Virus record (IMG/VR): IMGVR_UViG_3300045125_000085
Span: 1-64,000 of that record
DNA length: 64,000 nucleotides
Source: a virus
Strand: one strand, 5' to 3'
The notes beneath the pieces are model-generated. The model did no database searches. It was given only the letters and a program-made list of their open reading frames with translations, and was not told where the DNA came from. Shown piece after piece: positions 33,261-42,374 of this stretch (its first letter is position 1; each line of letters begins with the position of its first letter). The position numbers were made by a program, and so were the translations under genes.

Positions 33261-33743
33261 CTAGGATTCGGTAATGCTGAAAAAACGGGTAGCATGGTCG
33301 GTCTCCAGTACGTCTAAGAGTGGGTCTCGACGTAAGCGGTCGTGGCTACGTGTAGCGAATCCTACTGTGTCAGGTAGGTCTAACCACAGGTAGTGGTACA
33401 GCAGGATACCCTCAGGGGCATAGGCACCATGCTGTATCAGTAAATGATAGACACTATCTAGCAGTAGACCTGAACTATCTAACAGTATCTCTAAGCTAGT
33501 AGGTCGTATCGTAGTAGGTACGGTAATCCTCTCTACCGTCTCCATGAAGCAATGCCTCAGTACCGGATAGTCTTCTTCTACTTTAAATATAGCGTACAGA
33601 CTCTCACAAAAGTCATCGACTAAATCACGGTAAGGCGTAGATGATGCTACTGAGGTATTAGCTCTATACAGGCTCAGTAATGGTAGCTCACGCAGATCCA
33701 TAGGAGTCGGTAGGAGTAGGAGTGATCGGGATGGCATGTACAC
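33261..33743 (-). CDS. Hypothetical protein
   Basis: Intact ORF with GGAGG RBS. Confidence 0.55.
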   Translation of the reverse strand: MYMPSRSLLLLPTPMDLRELPLLSLYRANTSVASSTPYRDLVDDFCESLYAIFKVEEDYPVLRHCFMETVERITVPTTIRPTSLEILLDSSGLLLDSVYHLLIQHGAYAPEGILLYHYLWLDLPDTVGFATRSHDRLRRDPLLDVLETDHATRFFSITES

Positions 33744-33746
33744 CTC

Positions 33747-34154
33747 CTAAGGGTAATGACGTATTAAGTCCTCACGTACTAAAGTGAGGCTATATAGATC
33801 ATGCCATTGATGGAAAATATACCCTGACATATCGGGCAGTACGAGAGCGATATGATCGTAGAGTTCTTTTTGCAGTATCTCTATCAGGAGTTCAAACTGT
33901 AGCTCTAGGTGATCGTAAGTCCAGGAGCGATAGTGGTCAGGATCGTTATAGTCGATGACGGCATTGAGCTGCGAGTAAAAGATTTCGTTTAAGCGATCTT
34001 CGATATTTAAGTACCTAGGGTAGTTTAAGATCGTCTCGACTATATCGCGGAGTGGGTAAAGATCGTAGAGCTCATGGGAGATAGTCTCATACTCACGGAT
34101 CCAGCTCATGTCTAGCATGATGTACCCGAAAGGTCTACGAGTAGGACGGTACAT
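33747..34154 (-). CDS. Hypothetical protein
   Basis: Intact ORF with GAGG RBS. Confidence 0.6.
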   Translation of the reverse strand: MYRPTRRPFGYIMLDMSWIREYETISHELYDLYPLRDIVETILNYPRYLNIEDRLNEIFYSQLNAVIDYNDPDHYRSWTYDHLELQFELLIEILQKELYDHIALVLPDMSGYIFHQWHDLYSLTLVREDLIRHYP

Positions 34155-34245
34155 AGTGCACCTCTTTAATGACAGCGAAGACGACTCGCTCTATGGGAGT
34201 ACTCGAAGCTAGCCGGGTCGAGTAGTTCTAATGAGTAGTCGTCAC

Positions 34246-34914
34246 CTAGGGCGTGCTTAAATTCACGTCTGCGTTCTTTTCAGCTAAAGCTTCTTGTTGC
34301 TTAAGACGAGTCCAGTCTATGATGCGAAAATCCTCAGCTCTATCTATAGTCAGATCTGTCGCATTATTAGTGACGAAGTAGACGTGCCATACTCTATCGG
34401 CGATAAAGTCATCGACTACAGCGATGAGATCTTGGCAGAGGTTTTCTATTTCGTCATAGTCTACTTTAGCTTTACATTCTGGTTTAAATGGAGCGAGGAT
34501 AGAGTGCTTACGGATAGGACTCCACTCATGTCGTACTAGCTCTTGGATACGTATCTTTACGAGTAAGCTAGCAGTCTGTAGAGCACGTACGGGTACTCTA
34601 GGCACAGCACTCAGAAAGCGCTTCTTATTTTGCATCACATACTGCGGTATGATGATACTACTAGTACTATCTAAGATAGACTCTTTAATGTCATCTAGCT
34701 TAGTGATAGGTGTCTGACTAGCATAGCTACTCGGTGTATAGTAGTAGCCTTTCTTAAGTAAAGGCTCAGTACCGTTGAGCATGTAGATGCCAGGCTCTGG
34801 GTCTAGGAACATCGCCTGGTAACGATCTTGCAGTCGTGGGATAAAATCCATGAGCTGGATAATGATCGTCGCTTGAGGTTCTAGCAAAGGTGTGATGTCG
34901 TACAGGTCTTTCAT
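34246..34914 (-). CDS. Conserved hypothetical protein
   Basis: 222-aa ORF with ATGA overlap; W--Y...D-RI-DW C-terminal motif. Confidence 0.6.
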   Translation of the reverse strand: MKDLYDITPLLEPQATIIIQLMDFIPRLQDRYQAMFLDPEPGIYMLNGTEPLLKKGYYYTPSSYASQTPITKLDDIKESILDSTSSIIIPQYVMQNKKRFLSAVPRVPVRALQTASLLVKIRIQELVRHEWSPIRKHSILAPFKPECKAKVDYDEIENLCQDLIAVVDDFIADRVWHVYFVTNNATDLTIDRAEDFRIIDWTRLKQQEALAEKNADVNLSTP

Positions 34915-35288
34915 ATTCTGCGAACCAAGATGAGTTGCTGATACGTCACGAGTAACTTAACGCGCGTACCATTACTGAACGTGAGCCTATGGCTATCCAG
35001 CCAGGCCGCCATGTGGAGTGTGATCTTATCACGTATAGGTGGAGTGTGATAGATACACTTATAGATGTCGTGGGTAAAGTGGTGAGTGATCTCGATGTAC
35101 TGACCACGCTGCCGGAGTACTTCTATTAAAGCTTCAGTGACTATCCAGTCGAAAGCGAGTTCTATTTGCTCTTCTGATACGGGAGCTGGTAGATGCTGCC
35201 AGAAGCAGTCCTGTATAGTAGGTAGCAATATGGAGCTGATAATAGTGAGATCAGCGATGAAAATCGAGTCAGTGCGGTGAGTGACCAT
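34911..35288 (-). CDS. Hypothetical protein
   Basis: Intact ORF with RBS. Confidence 0.55.
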   Translation of the reverse strand: MVTHRTDSIFIADLTIISSILLPTIQDCFWQHLPAPVSEEQIELAFDWIVTEALIEVLRQRGQYIEITHHFTHDIYKCIYHTPPIRDKITLHMAAWLDSHRLTFSNGTRVKLLVTYQQLILVRRI

Positions 35289-35426
35289 ACAGTATACCTC
35301 TTAAATCTATCTCATAGGGCGTATGCTTGATTTTTCTGTACAGCCGTGCTAGATAGCGGGTCTAAAAAATAGCGGCATAAAACGGTTTAGAGAGGCTTTC
35401 ACCCCTCTAAACCGCATTTTGCTATA

Positions 35427-36404
35427 TTACAAGATTAGGCCGTGCTCATTCAGCTCTTCATCGAGCTGGATGCGTTTGGTCACAGCACTGGTGACGTGCT
35501 CATCTATATCCTTGATGACCTTGGTCAAGCGTTCCAGTACGGATGGGAAGTATCCTGCTACTGTCACGATGTGGAGTGGCAGATCGACAGTGATAGCATC
35601 CTTGAGCTTATCATCGATATAACCAGTAGCTCTGTAACCGACTGGGATGCCGATGGATGCATCAGTTTGAGCGTCTGAGATCGACACAGCGGAGACTACG
35701 CTATGACCACGTGCTAACTCTACCGTCTTGGAGTAAAACTCCAGGTGGGTCAGCTGAGGATCTACAGCCGTCACTTTCTGATAGTTCAGGAAGTTAGACA
35801 GATCTGCACTATCCAACTCGTGATTCTGACCACTAAAGATAGCAGCCAGCAGTACGATGATGGTCTGGACCTTCTGGTCTACAGACCCTCTAGGAGTAGA
35901 GCTACTATTTTCATAGTAGACCATATTCACCGGCTTTTCGATCTTACGGGCAGTAGCCTCATAGCCCTTCAACGTCTTCGAGGTATTCTCTACCTCGATA
36001 CGACTATCAGTACTACCGATCGTAATGACGATAGTCTGCACATCCTTCTTCAGCAACTCACCTGCTATGATCGGTCCGATGACTGAGCCTGAGCCACCTG
36101 ATGCTGAATGTACAATTACATTCAAGTCACCAGGCTTATAGCGGTGTAAGATTTCCTTAGAGCGTTCAGCGATCGCACCTGCATTGCTGTCACGCTTCTT
36201 ACCACTACCGTCTCTATCTTCGATGAGGTATACTCGCTCATCGTTGATATCCAAGTTAGCCCGCTTAAAGTTACTAGCGGATGTATCTATAAAGACGGGT
36301 CTAAATGTAGCAAACCCGTCCGACGGTTTATCCGCATGCCGCATGAGCTGGCTGACGATGTTGATGCCTGCACCACCGGCTGCGTAAATATTCATTTGGT
36401 TCAT
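35427..36404 (-). CDS. phuZ: PhuZ phage tubulin
   Basis: GGAGIN, IDTS-SN, GSGK-R, SGGSGS tubulin signature loop, ELD-AD; acidic C-terminal tail. Confidence 0.95.
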   Translation of the reverse strand: MNQMNIYAAGGAGINIVSQLMRHADKPSDGFATFRPVFIDTSASNFKRANLDINDERVYLIEDRDGSGKKRDSNAGAIAERSKEILHRYKPGDLNVIVHSASGGSGSVIGPIIAGELLKKDVQTIVITIGSTDSRIEVENTSKTLKGYEATARKIEKPVNMVYYENSSSTPRGSVDQKVQTIIVLLAAIFSGQNHELDSADLSNFLNYQKVTAVDPQLTHLEFYSKTVELARGHSVVSAVSISDAQTDASIGIPVGYRATGYIDDKLKDAITVDLPLHIVTVAGYFPSVLERLTKVIKDIDEHVTSAVTKRIQLDEELNEHGLIL

Positions 36405-36421
36405 TAGTACTACCTCTTGTG

Positions 36422-36931
36422 TTAATCATTCAAAGTAAGCGGGCCTGATATAAACTCTTTGTAGCCCGAGATGTGAGATTCGACACGCTGTGCGTAGCGT
36501 GTCAGTTTGCGGCTGCGATAGCCTGTGTAACACTTCAATGTGTCTATACGCCTTACGGCTTTCTTCCTGCACTCAGTCAGCACTGTCGTACCGACCTGCA
36601 CTGCGGTATTGATGTTAAACAGATTACACTGTTTAACTTTACGGCAATGCAATCGTGGCATCACCTGCATTAAACCTAAAGCACCTTGTTTACTACGTGC
36701 ATTCGGTTTAAAGCTAGATTCCTCCTGCATGATACCTACGAGTAAGCTGACAGGAAGATGTTGTTCCTGGGCTTGCTCATGGATCACGTGAGCGATACGG
36801 CGTGCCTGAACGACAGACGCCTTCGAGTGTTGCATGATCCATCGCTCTGTCTTGACTGGACTAGCTGATGTAGTGCTAGCAAATAAAGTCATCGCGATGG
36901 CTAGTAGACCTTTCTTTGAGAAGATCGGCAT
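36422..36931 (-). CDS. Lytic transglycosylase (SLT domain) with signal peptide
   Basis: I--EESSF-P-A-S--GA-GLMQV, Y-G motifs; MPIFSKKGLLAIAMTLFASTTSA leader; GGAGG RBS. Confidence 0.85.
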   Translation of the reverse strand: MPIFSKKGLLAIAMTLFASTTSASPVKTERWIMQHSKASVVQARRIAHVIHEQAQEQHLPVSLLVGIMQEESSFKPNARSKQGALGLMQVMPRLHCRKVKQCNLFNINTAVQVGTTVLTECRKKAVRRIDTLKCYTGYRSRKLTRYAQRVESHISGYKEFISGPLTLND

Positions 36932-37051
36932 ACTTTTCCTCCATAGGTAATTGAACACATTTAAGCTGCACAGGCAGCTTATAGGATTTTCAATCCTAGT
37001 AATAGGATCTTTGATCCTCAAAGAGCACTAGTGGCGTACGGGTCGGCTAAG

Positions 37052-37068
37052 CTCATGTTTAGTATATA
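37052..37068 (-). promoter_or_regulatory. Early promoter motif for the SLT-phuZ unit
   Basis: TATATACTAAACATGAG. Confidence 0.65.
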
Positions 37069-37174
37069 CGGCTAAAATACGCTCGACTCGTAGTCATTGA
37101 GATATAAACCGTACAGCAAAAAGAAAGAGCGCATAGAGGGAGTGGTATAGACCACTCCCTCTAGCTGTTAGCTG

Positions 37175-37490
37175 TTAATCACCATAAAAAATTTTATTCT
37201 TAACAACATGTCTATTTAGCAGACCGTATTTAAACAACGTCTCTTCAATCAGCTTTTCTAAAACTCTATATGCTAGAGTACCTTCTTTACTATTATCAAC
37301 AATAGTAAAGACAAAATCAACAACCATGTCAGCCTTTCTCTCTAAAGAAATTTCATCATTTGTTGGATCTAAAACAGCCATTGCAGCTTCTTTAGTAAGA
37401 CTAATTCTATCCATATAGGCCATTATCATCGCTTCCATGCCGCTAGAAGATACCTGCTCCTCTATTACTTCCTCTACGTTTCTTCCTCCA
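37175..37490 (-). CDS. Small hypothetical protein
   Basis: AT-rich ORF followed by a hairpin terminator; start may be at 37438 or about 37491. Confidence 0.45.
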
Positions 37491-37676
37491 TCACCGCCTC
37501 TTTGCGGCGGTACTTCTATAGTAGGCTAATATAGTCTCTACCATCGACGGCTTGATAGCCTGATTAGCAGGCGTATTCACTACGCTTGCTGTACCGAGGT
37601 TAAGTCCATCATTAGACTCATCCAGTTGCACTACACGTTGCACTACACCGTTGTTCTTAACAGCCATTTTATCCAC
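37491..37676 (-). CDS. Small hypothetical protein
   Basis: 61-aa ORF below a promoter-like motif near 37748. Confidence 0.4.
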   Translation of the reverse strand: MDKMAVKNNGVVQRVVQLDESNDGLNLGTASVVNTPANQAIKPSMVETILAYYRSTAAKRR

Positions 37677-37679
37677 CTC

Positions 37680-38320
37680 TATTAGTGATTATTACAAAGT
37701 TACTATCGGCTACATTAGCTTCGTATTGAAAGAGTACGTAGGCTAAGATCACCACTAGTATTTATAACTATAATTAACTCCACTATAAGCTCTATCTAAT
37801 CTTTGCCTAGCACTCGCACTATCGTGCTCATGCACTGCGGCGATAGCTCTCTAGCTTTATTTAATCTCTATTGCACTCGACTACGTCTCATGCGCTGCGT
37901 TAATTGCTAATTTAACATTATCTACTAGCTTGTGTAAAAAATACTGGCACTACATATATTTTGACTGACTTAAATAGCAGGAGGGCGATGGAGTGACTGA
38001 ATAGGAACGAAGGAGACCGACACATACCTGGAAGCAATAGAGCTGCGTGCATATAGCTGACTGCCTACCTATACTAAAAGAAAAGAATAGATAAGCAATC
38101 TAGCCTCATACATACTAGCACTATCCACTACCAAACTAACAATAGATTAGGTACTATAGCTATCTGTTATACTACTCTATCTAGCACTACAGATGCGAAG
38201 CAGTATAAGTATTGGGGGCGTAGCCCCCACTAGTAGTACGATAAAAAAATAGATAAACTATATATCTTTATTAATAAAGATATATTCCTTTAAAGTAAAA
38301 ATAGCTAAGGAGCTAGAGAG
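37680..38320. other. Long non-coding region, candidate replication origin
   Basis: No ORF; direct repeat, GNA mini-hairpins, perfect 26-bp AT palindrome and a local GC-skew switch. Confidence 0.4.
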
Positions 38321-38884
38321 ATGACTACTATCTTAGATTTACAGCCTGAGAGTGAGCAGATTGTAGAGAATAAAGCAGATAGCAAAGAGACAGTATCTCA
38401 GAATACTGTCTCTACTAGTGCTGATGATGATGAGAAAAGTAATAGTGCTAATAAGAGTAAAGATACCATAGTGCTAGATGGACCTTTATCCACTATTTAT
38501 ACTCAAGCGTTACAGATCGCTTATAGTAAAAAAGCTATAGACGCAGAGCATGAGTCAGATATGACGAGTGCAGTCGAAAAGATGGCTATAGATGCGAGTA
38601 TGATGGGCGTGATGGAGGTGATCGATGAGACTGAGAGAGGTAGTGCTAAGCCTTTGTATGTCTATGTGACTGATGATGAGCACTTGGGTGATGGGGCTAC
38701 TGGGGAGGTGTTTGATACTTTGCGGGTGAGTGCTGAGAGTGGGAGGTATAGTGGGGTGTGGTTTTGTACTGAGGATGGGTATAAGTTGGGGCGGAGTCAG
38801 GTGCTGTTGAGTGATTTTGTGTTGGGGTGTGGGGGTAGGGTCTACTATAGCAAAGAGAGCCTGTGGCGGGCTCTAGGAGTCTGA
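38321..38884 (+). CDS. Conserved phiKZ-like hypothetical protein
   Basis: I-LDGPLS-IYT-AL---Y-K motif; AGGAG RBS. Confidence 0.65.
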   Translation: MTTILDLQPESEQIVENKADSKETVSQNTVSTSADDDEKSNSANKSKDTIVLDGPLSTIYTQALQIAYSKKAIDAEHESDMTSAVEKMAIDASMMGVMEVIDETERGSAKPLYVYVTDDEHLGDGATGEVFDTLRVSAESGRYSGVWFCTEDGYKLGRSQVLLSDFVLGCGGRVYYSKESLWRALGV

Positions 38885-38885
38885 T

Positions 38886-40112
38886 ATGGCTGGGTTAAAA
38901 GAGGTATTTGATCCTATCTTTGCTAAAGTGAAGTTTAATAGGAGCTTGAGTCATCAGCAGTATTTGTTTCATACTAGCTTTATGAATAAGAATGAGGAGC
39001 ACTTATTGTTTTTGAGTGGGAAGTTGACGGGAGTGCACTTTATTCGGTTTACGCCTAAGGAGTTTGATATCTTTTATAACGATATGCTGGATATCGATGT
39101 AGGTGTGATAAAAGCTGCGGTGAGTACTGTGGAGGCTATCGATCCTCGGTGGGTGGTAGCGAGTGATAGTTTTAATTTAGTCTGTATGTACATGGTGCAT
39201 AGGTGGCTGACTACTCCGGCTTTAGATAATAAAGCTAGGGAGCAGGCAGCTATTAGTGCAGCTTTGATCTTTTTTTATAGATCTGCTGCGGCTATGTTAA
39301 ATGAGTGGTTTAGATATCCGGTCGATGTAGCTTTGGCTGAGGCTACTTATGCTAATTTGAGTAATCGTTATTTGATACGGAAGTTAGAGAGTTGGCAGGA
39401 GGTGCTGATGTATCGAGCTGTGGAGCTGGTGAAGGGCGATAGTGTGCATAGGCGTACCTTTGAGACGTTTAATGACGATTACGCTGTGGTGCAGCTCGTG
39501 AACGATGCTAGAGGGCGTATGGCGGATATCATCAAGAACATCTATGCGGAGATGATGCGTACTCATCAGCGAGGAGAGCGATTACAGACTAGTAAAGATA
39601 CTACGTTGAACATGGATGGAGCTGAAATTTTAAAGGATAAAGTACATGGTCTGACGGATTATACGCAGTACGTGCTGGGGATAATGCATGATGAGGCTAG
39701 TTTCATCAAGAGTGAGTTGATCGATATAGTGAGTAAGATCATGAGCACTATGCAGGTGAGGGGATTTAAGACTAGTCTGGAATGGATGAGTGAGTACTGT
39801 GGGCATCAGCAGTATGGCGTGATCGAGGAGTTTATTAAGTTAGTGTTGATACATAGCTATCATTACTTCTTGACGCATGATAGTGCGGTGATGAATAGTC
39901 GGGATATATCTGGATTGCTAGGACGGTTGAAGAACATTTATGTCAGTAGTCGCAGTAGTGATGCTGATTTGATGAAGCTGAGAGAGCTAGGGAGTGAGAT
40001 AGTAGGTCATGCTACAGGTAAGACTAATGAGCAGACTATGGCGGCTATACGTACTGGATTGATGTTATACATCGTAGTACGGGCTTATACTAAACATCAT
40101 TACAGTGGGTAA
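38886..40112 (+). CDS. Conserved Chimalliviridae protein (putative virion structural protein)
   Basis: Intact 408 aa; KN-EH--F--G-L-GV--RF, Y--SRS, RTG--LY---R motifs. Confidence 0.7.
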   Translation: MAGLKEVFDPIFAKVKFNRSLSHQQYLFHTSFMNKNEEHLLFLSGKLTGVHFIRFTPKEFDIFYNDMLDIDVGVIKAAVSTVEAIDPRWVVASDSFNLVCMYMVHRWLTTPALDNKAREQAAISAALIFFYRSAAAMLNEWFRYPVDVALAEATYANLSNRYLIRKLESWQEVLMYRAVELVKGDSVHRRTFETFNDDYAVVQLVNDARGRMADIIKNIYAEMMRTHQRGERLQTSKDTTLNMDGAEILKDKVHGLTDYTQYVLGIMHDEASFIKSELIDIVSKIMSTMQVRGFKTSLEWMSEYCGHQQYGVIEEFIKLVLIHSYHYFLTHDSAVMNSRDISGLLGRLKNIYVSSRSSDADLMKLRELGSEIVGHATGKTNEQTMAAIRTGLMLYIVVRAYTKHHYSG

Positions 40113-40115
40113 GAG

Positions 40116-40550
40116 ATGAAGACGGCGATAGAGTTGAGTGAGTTGAATTATGAGTCTTGGTGTGGTACTAGATGGTTATGCTTGAAAGAGTGTAAGAGCT
40201 TGAGTACGGAGCGGTTGTTGTGGTTGTTGGGATTGATGAAGGATGGCGATGTGGAGATCGTGATACCTAGTCATTGCGTATGGGGTACACAGATAGAGAT
40301 AAGACGATGGTTAAGGAGAGAATACTACCTGATGGCTAAGCGGCATAGCGTAGTAGAATTAGTACATTTACACCATACTACCGAGACTGCTATGGGGGAT
40401 GGGATACCTGTGCTGATGGGAGAGACTCATGATGAGTGGGATGAGGTGCTGATGGCGTGGGCGAGTCATATCGCTCGTAAGGTGAAGTTTATAATCATGG
40501 TGAGGCGTGTATGTCGAGAGTCTACCGGATGCGAGTGCCAGATAGGGTGA
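40116..40550 (+). CDS. Hypothetical protein
   Basis: Intact ORF within the operon. Confidence 0.45.
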   Translation: MKTAIELSELNYESWCGTRWLCLKECKSLSTERLLWLLGLMKDGDVEIVIPSHCVWGTQIEIRRWLRREYYLMAKRHSVVELVHLHHTTETAMGDGIPVLMGETHDEWDEVLMAWASHIARKVKFIIMVRRVCRESTGCECQIG

Positions 40551-41233
40551 TACCTCTTGTAGATGAGGTAGAGGTCGCATTAGAGGCCGATCAGTACGGG
40601 TTAAAGGATAATTACCTCTACCACTACAGCTTAGAGAAATACGAGTGTCTATTGACCTTAGAGGAGCAATGGAATCGAAAGATCAAAGTGCCTACTAAGG
40701 AAGACTTAGATTACAATACACAGCGTAAAGTCTTTCGGTATGATGAATTTCCGTATAGTCAGCACTTGAGTTTTCTATTAGATCCATTACCAGTAGACAT
40801 TATTGCTAAATTTAAAGGTGGTAATAATAAGCTGTATAATGCTAAGTCGTGTTGGGAGTACAAAATAGATATAGCTGCTTTTAAGGATAATATCAACTAC
40901 TACATGCTAGCTGAGAATGATGTAAATAATTTCTTTGCTTATAATCTTTGGTTAGATGTAGAGTTTCCTGGTAAGCACTTTATGTACTTTAAGACTAGAG
41001 ACTTAATTAATAAGCTAGCTGGTAATATCGGCTACGATTACTTGAGTCTTAGGAGTGCAGTGTTTAAATATAAAGGTAGGACACGTGAGGCTTTTAAGGA
41101 GCTGACTGAGAGCGATGAGTTTGAGTGGGTGAAGACGAAAGGCATGTATGCACCGACGGTACCGCATCTAATGGCGTATCCTAAGATCGGTGTGATCGAG
41201 TATGCTGATGTGAAAAAAATAAAGCTACTGTGA
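40511..41233 (+). CDS. Hypothetical phage protein (possible head protein with ALE propeptide)
   Basis: VALE near the N-terminus; LYHYS...HLSF...YA--VPH. Confidence 0.55.
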   Translation: MSRVYRMRVPDRVIPLVDEVEVALEADQYGLKDNYLYHYSLEKYECLLTLEEQWNRKIKVPTKEDLDYNTQRKVFRYDEFPYSQHLSFLLDPLPVDIIAKFKGGNNKLYNAKSCWEYKIDIAAFKDNINYYMLAENDVNNFFAYNLWLDVEFPGKHFMYFKTRDLINKLAGNIGYDYLSLRSAVFKYKGRTREAFKELTESDEFEWVKTKGMYAPTVPHLMAYPKIGVIEYADVKKIKLL

Positions 41234-41246
41234 AAAGGAAAGGGAG

Positions 41247-41284
41247 ATATAGCCCTGAGAGCACTAAGGCTCTCAGGGCTATAT
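41247..41284. terminator. Bidirectional hairpin
   Basis: ATATAGCCCTGAGAGC-loop-GCTCTCAGGGCTATAT. Confidence 0.8.
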
Positions 41285-41293
41285 GACGGCTAT

Positions 41294-41674
41294 TCAAACC
41301 ACATGTCTATTTCTGTTACTGGTGTCAGCTACTTCATTATCTTCACCGAGATCTTCTATCTGGCAAGCTAAGATCCAGAAGCTCGTCAGATCCTCAGGTA
41401 GTCTAGGATCGTTAGGTACAGCATAACTGTAGAGATTATTGCTAGTCATCCCTACTGTGAACTGAAAGTCATCAGCGACCTCTATGCAGTCGTGGCTGTC
41501 GATGAGCTTGACGAGCACATCAGGACGAGCCTTGATGTGAGCTTTATGGACGCGCTTAATAGCATCCTCACTGTTACAGATCATCGCCTTTTTGCTTTGG
41601 TTTTGCTTGATGTGATAATCAGCATTAACATTGAAGCTAAGACCCAGAATGATAAAAGCGAATAAAGTGCGCAT
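41294..41674 (-). CDS. Secreted/periplasmic hypothetical protein
   Basis: Signal peptide MRTLFAFIILGLSFNVNA; AGGAG RBS. Confidence 0.6.
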   Translation of the reverse strand: MRTLFAFIILGLSFNVNADYHIKQNQSKKAMICNSEDAIKRVHKAHIKARPDVLVKLIDSHDCIEVADDFQFTVGMTSNNLYSYAVPNDPRLPEDLTSFWILACQIEDLGEDNEVADTSNRNRHVV

Positions 41675-41847
41675 ATGTGTTTCTCCTAATTAGAGAGTTG
41701 TTGATAAAGGTACTAGACGGCTAGGTCCAAACACAATATATAGGCTTCTATTATCCTATGGATTTAAGCAGTAGAGAAAAAAGAGCACCGGTGAGGGTGC
41801 TCTTTGAAGGGAGCTTCATGCTCCAGCGAAGGTAACGCTATGAAAAA

Positions 41848-42195
41848 CTATTTACTGGTTGTTACCAGGATGAAGCGGAACTCTGCGCCTTCCGGCAGTA
41901 CTGTGGTGCCCTCAGGAAGACGTGGCCCATTGTACTGGGCCACCAGGAGGATATCGTCATGTTCCAGCTTGATGTTGACCCGATTGCTCGGGATATTTGC
42001 ACCAAGCAGATTGCTCAAGATGACCGCAGTGTCGGGATGACCGACACCGCTAACGAAGCGACCATCTGCGATCTCTGCACCAACGATGCTAGCTGCATCG
42101 CTAGCATCGATGTCGCGGTACGACAGTGTACCGCCATCAAAGCTAGCAGAGATCATGGAGAAGGAAAATGCGTTGGCGATGTAGAACTTGCTCAT
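41848..42195 (-). CDS. acrIII-1: AcrIII-1 family (DUF1874/STIV B116/YddF-like) cA4 ring nuclease
   Basis: Y-ANAFS--M, S-VGH-DTA (catalytic His), NRV-IKL, Q---RLPEG motifs; 115 aa; GGAGG RBS. Confidence 0.88.
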   Translation of the reverse strand: MSKFYIANAFSFSMISASFDGGTLSYRDIDASDAASIVGAEIADGRFVSGVGHPDTAVILSNLLGANIPSNRVNIKLEHDDILLVAQYNGPRLPEGTTVLPEGAEFRFILVTTSK

Positions 42196-42265
42196 AGTTA
42201 CCTCCAAAGGGTAAAAGCTAAGCTATGTAGATAGAGCATATCCACATAGCTGGAAAGGGTGTAGT

Positions 42266-42302
42266 GATCTCAGCAGTAGGCTAAGATCATAAGTAATATG
42301 TA
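42266..42302 (-). promoter_or_regulatory. Early promoter plus conserved leader hairpin of the acr cassette
   Basis: TACATATTACTTATGAT; 25 bp identical to 5487-5511. Confidence 0.7.
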
Positions 42303-42374
42303 TAGCTATATTTCTTTTCAATCCAAGTTTAAAGCTATACGGCATATCGGGCAGAATGATCTGCCCGATAGTAG

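Noticed and set aside
40511-41233. ADP-ribosyltransferase fold suggested by LYHYS...HLSF
   Set aside because: The motif evidence is too weak without a structure search.
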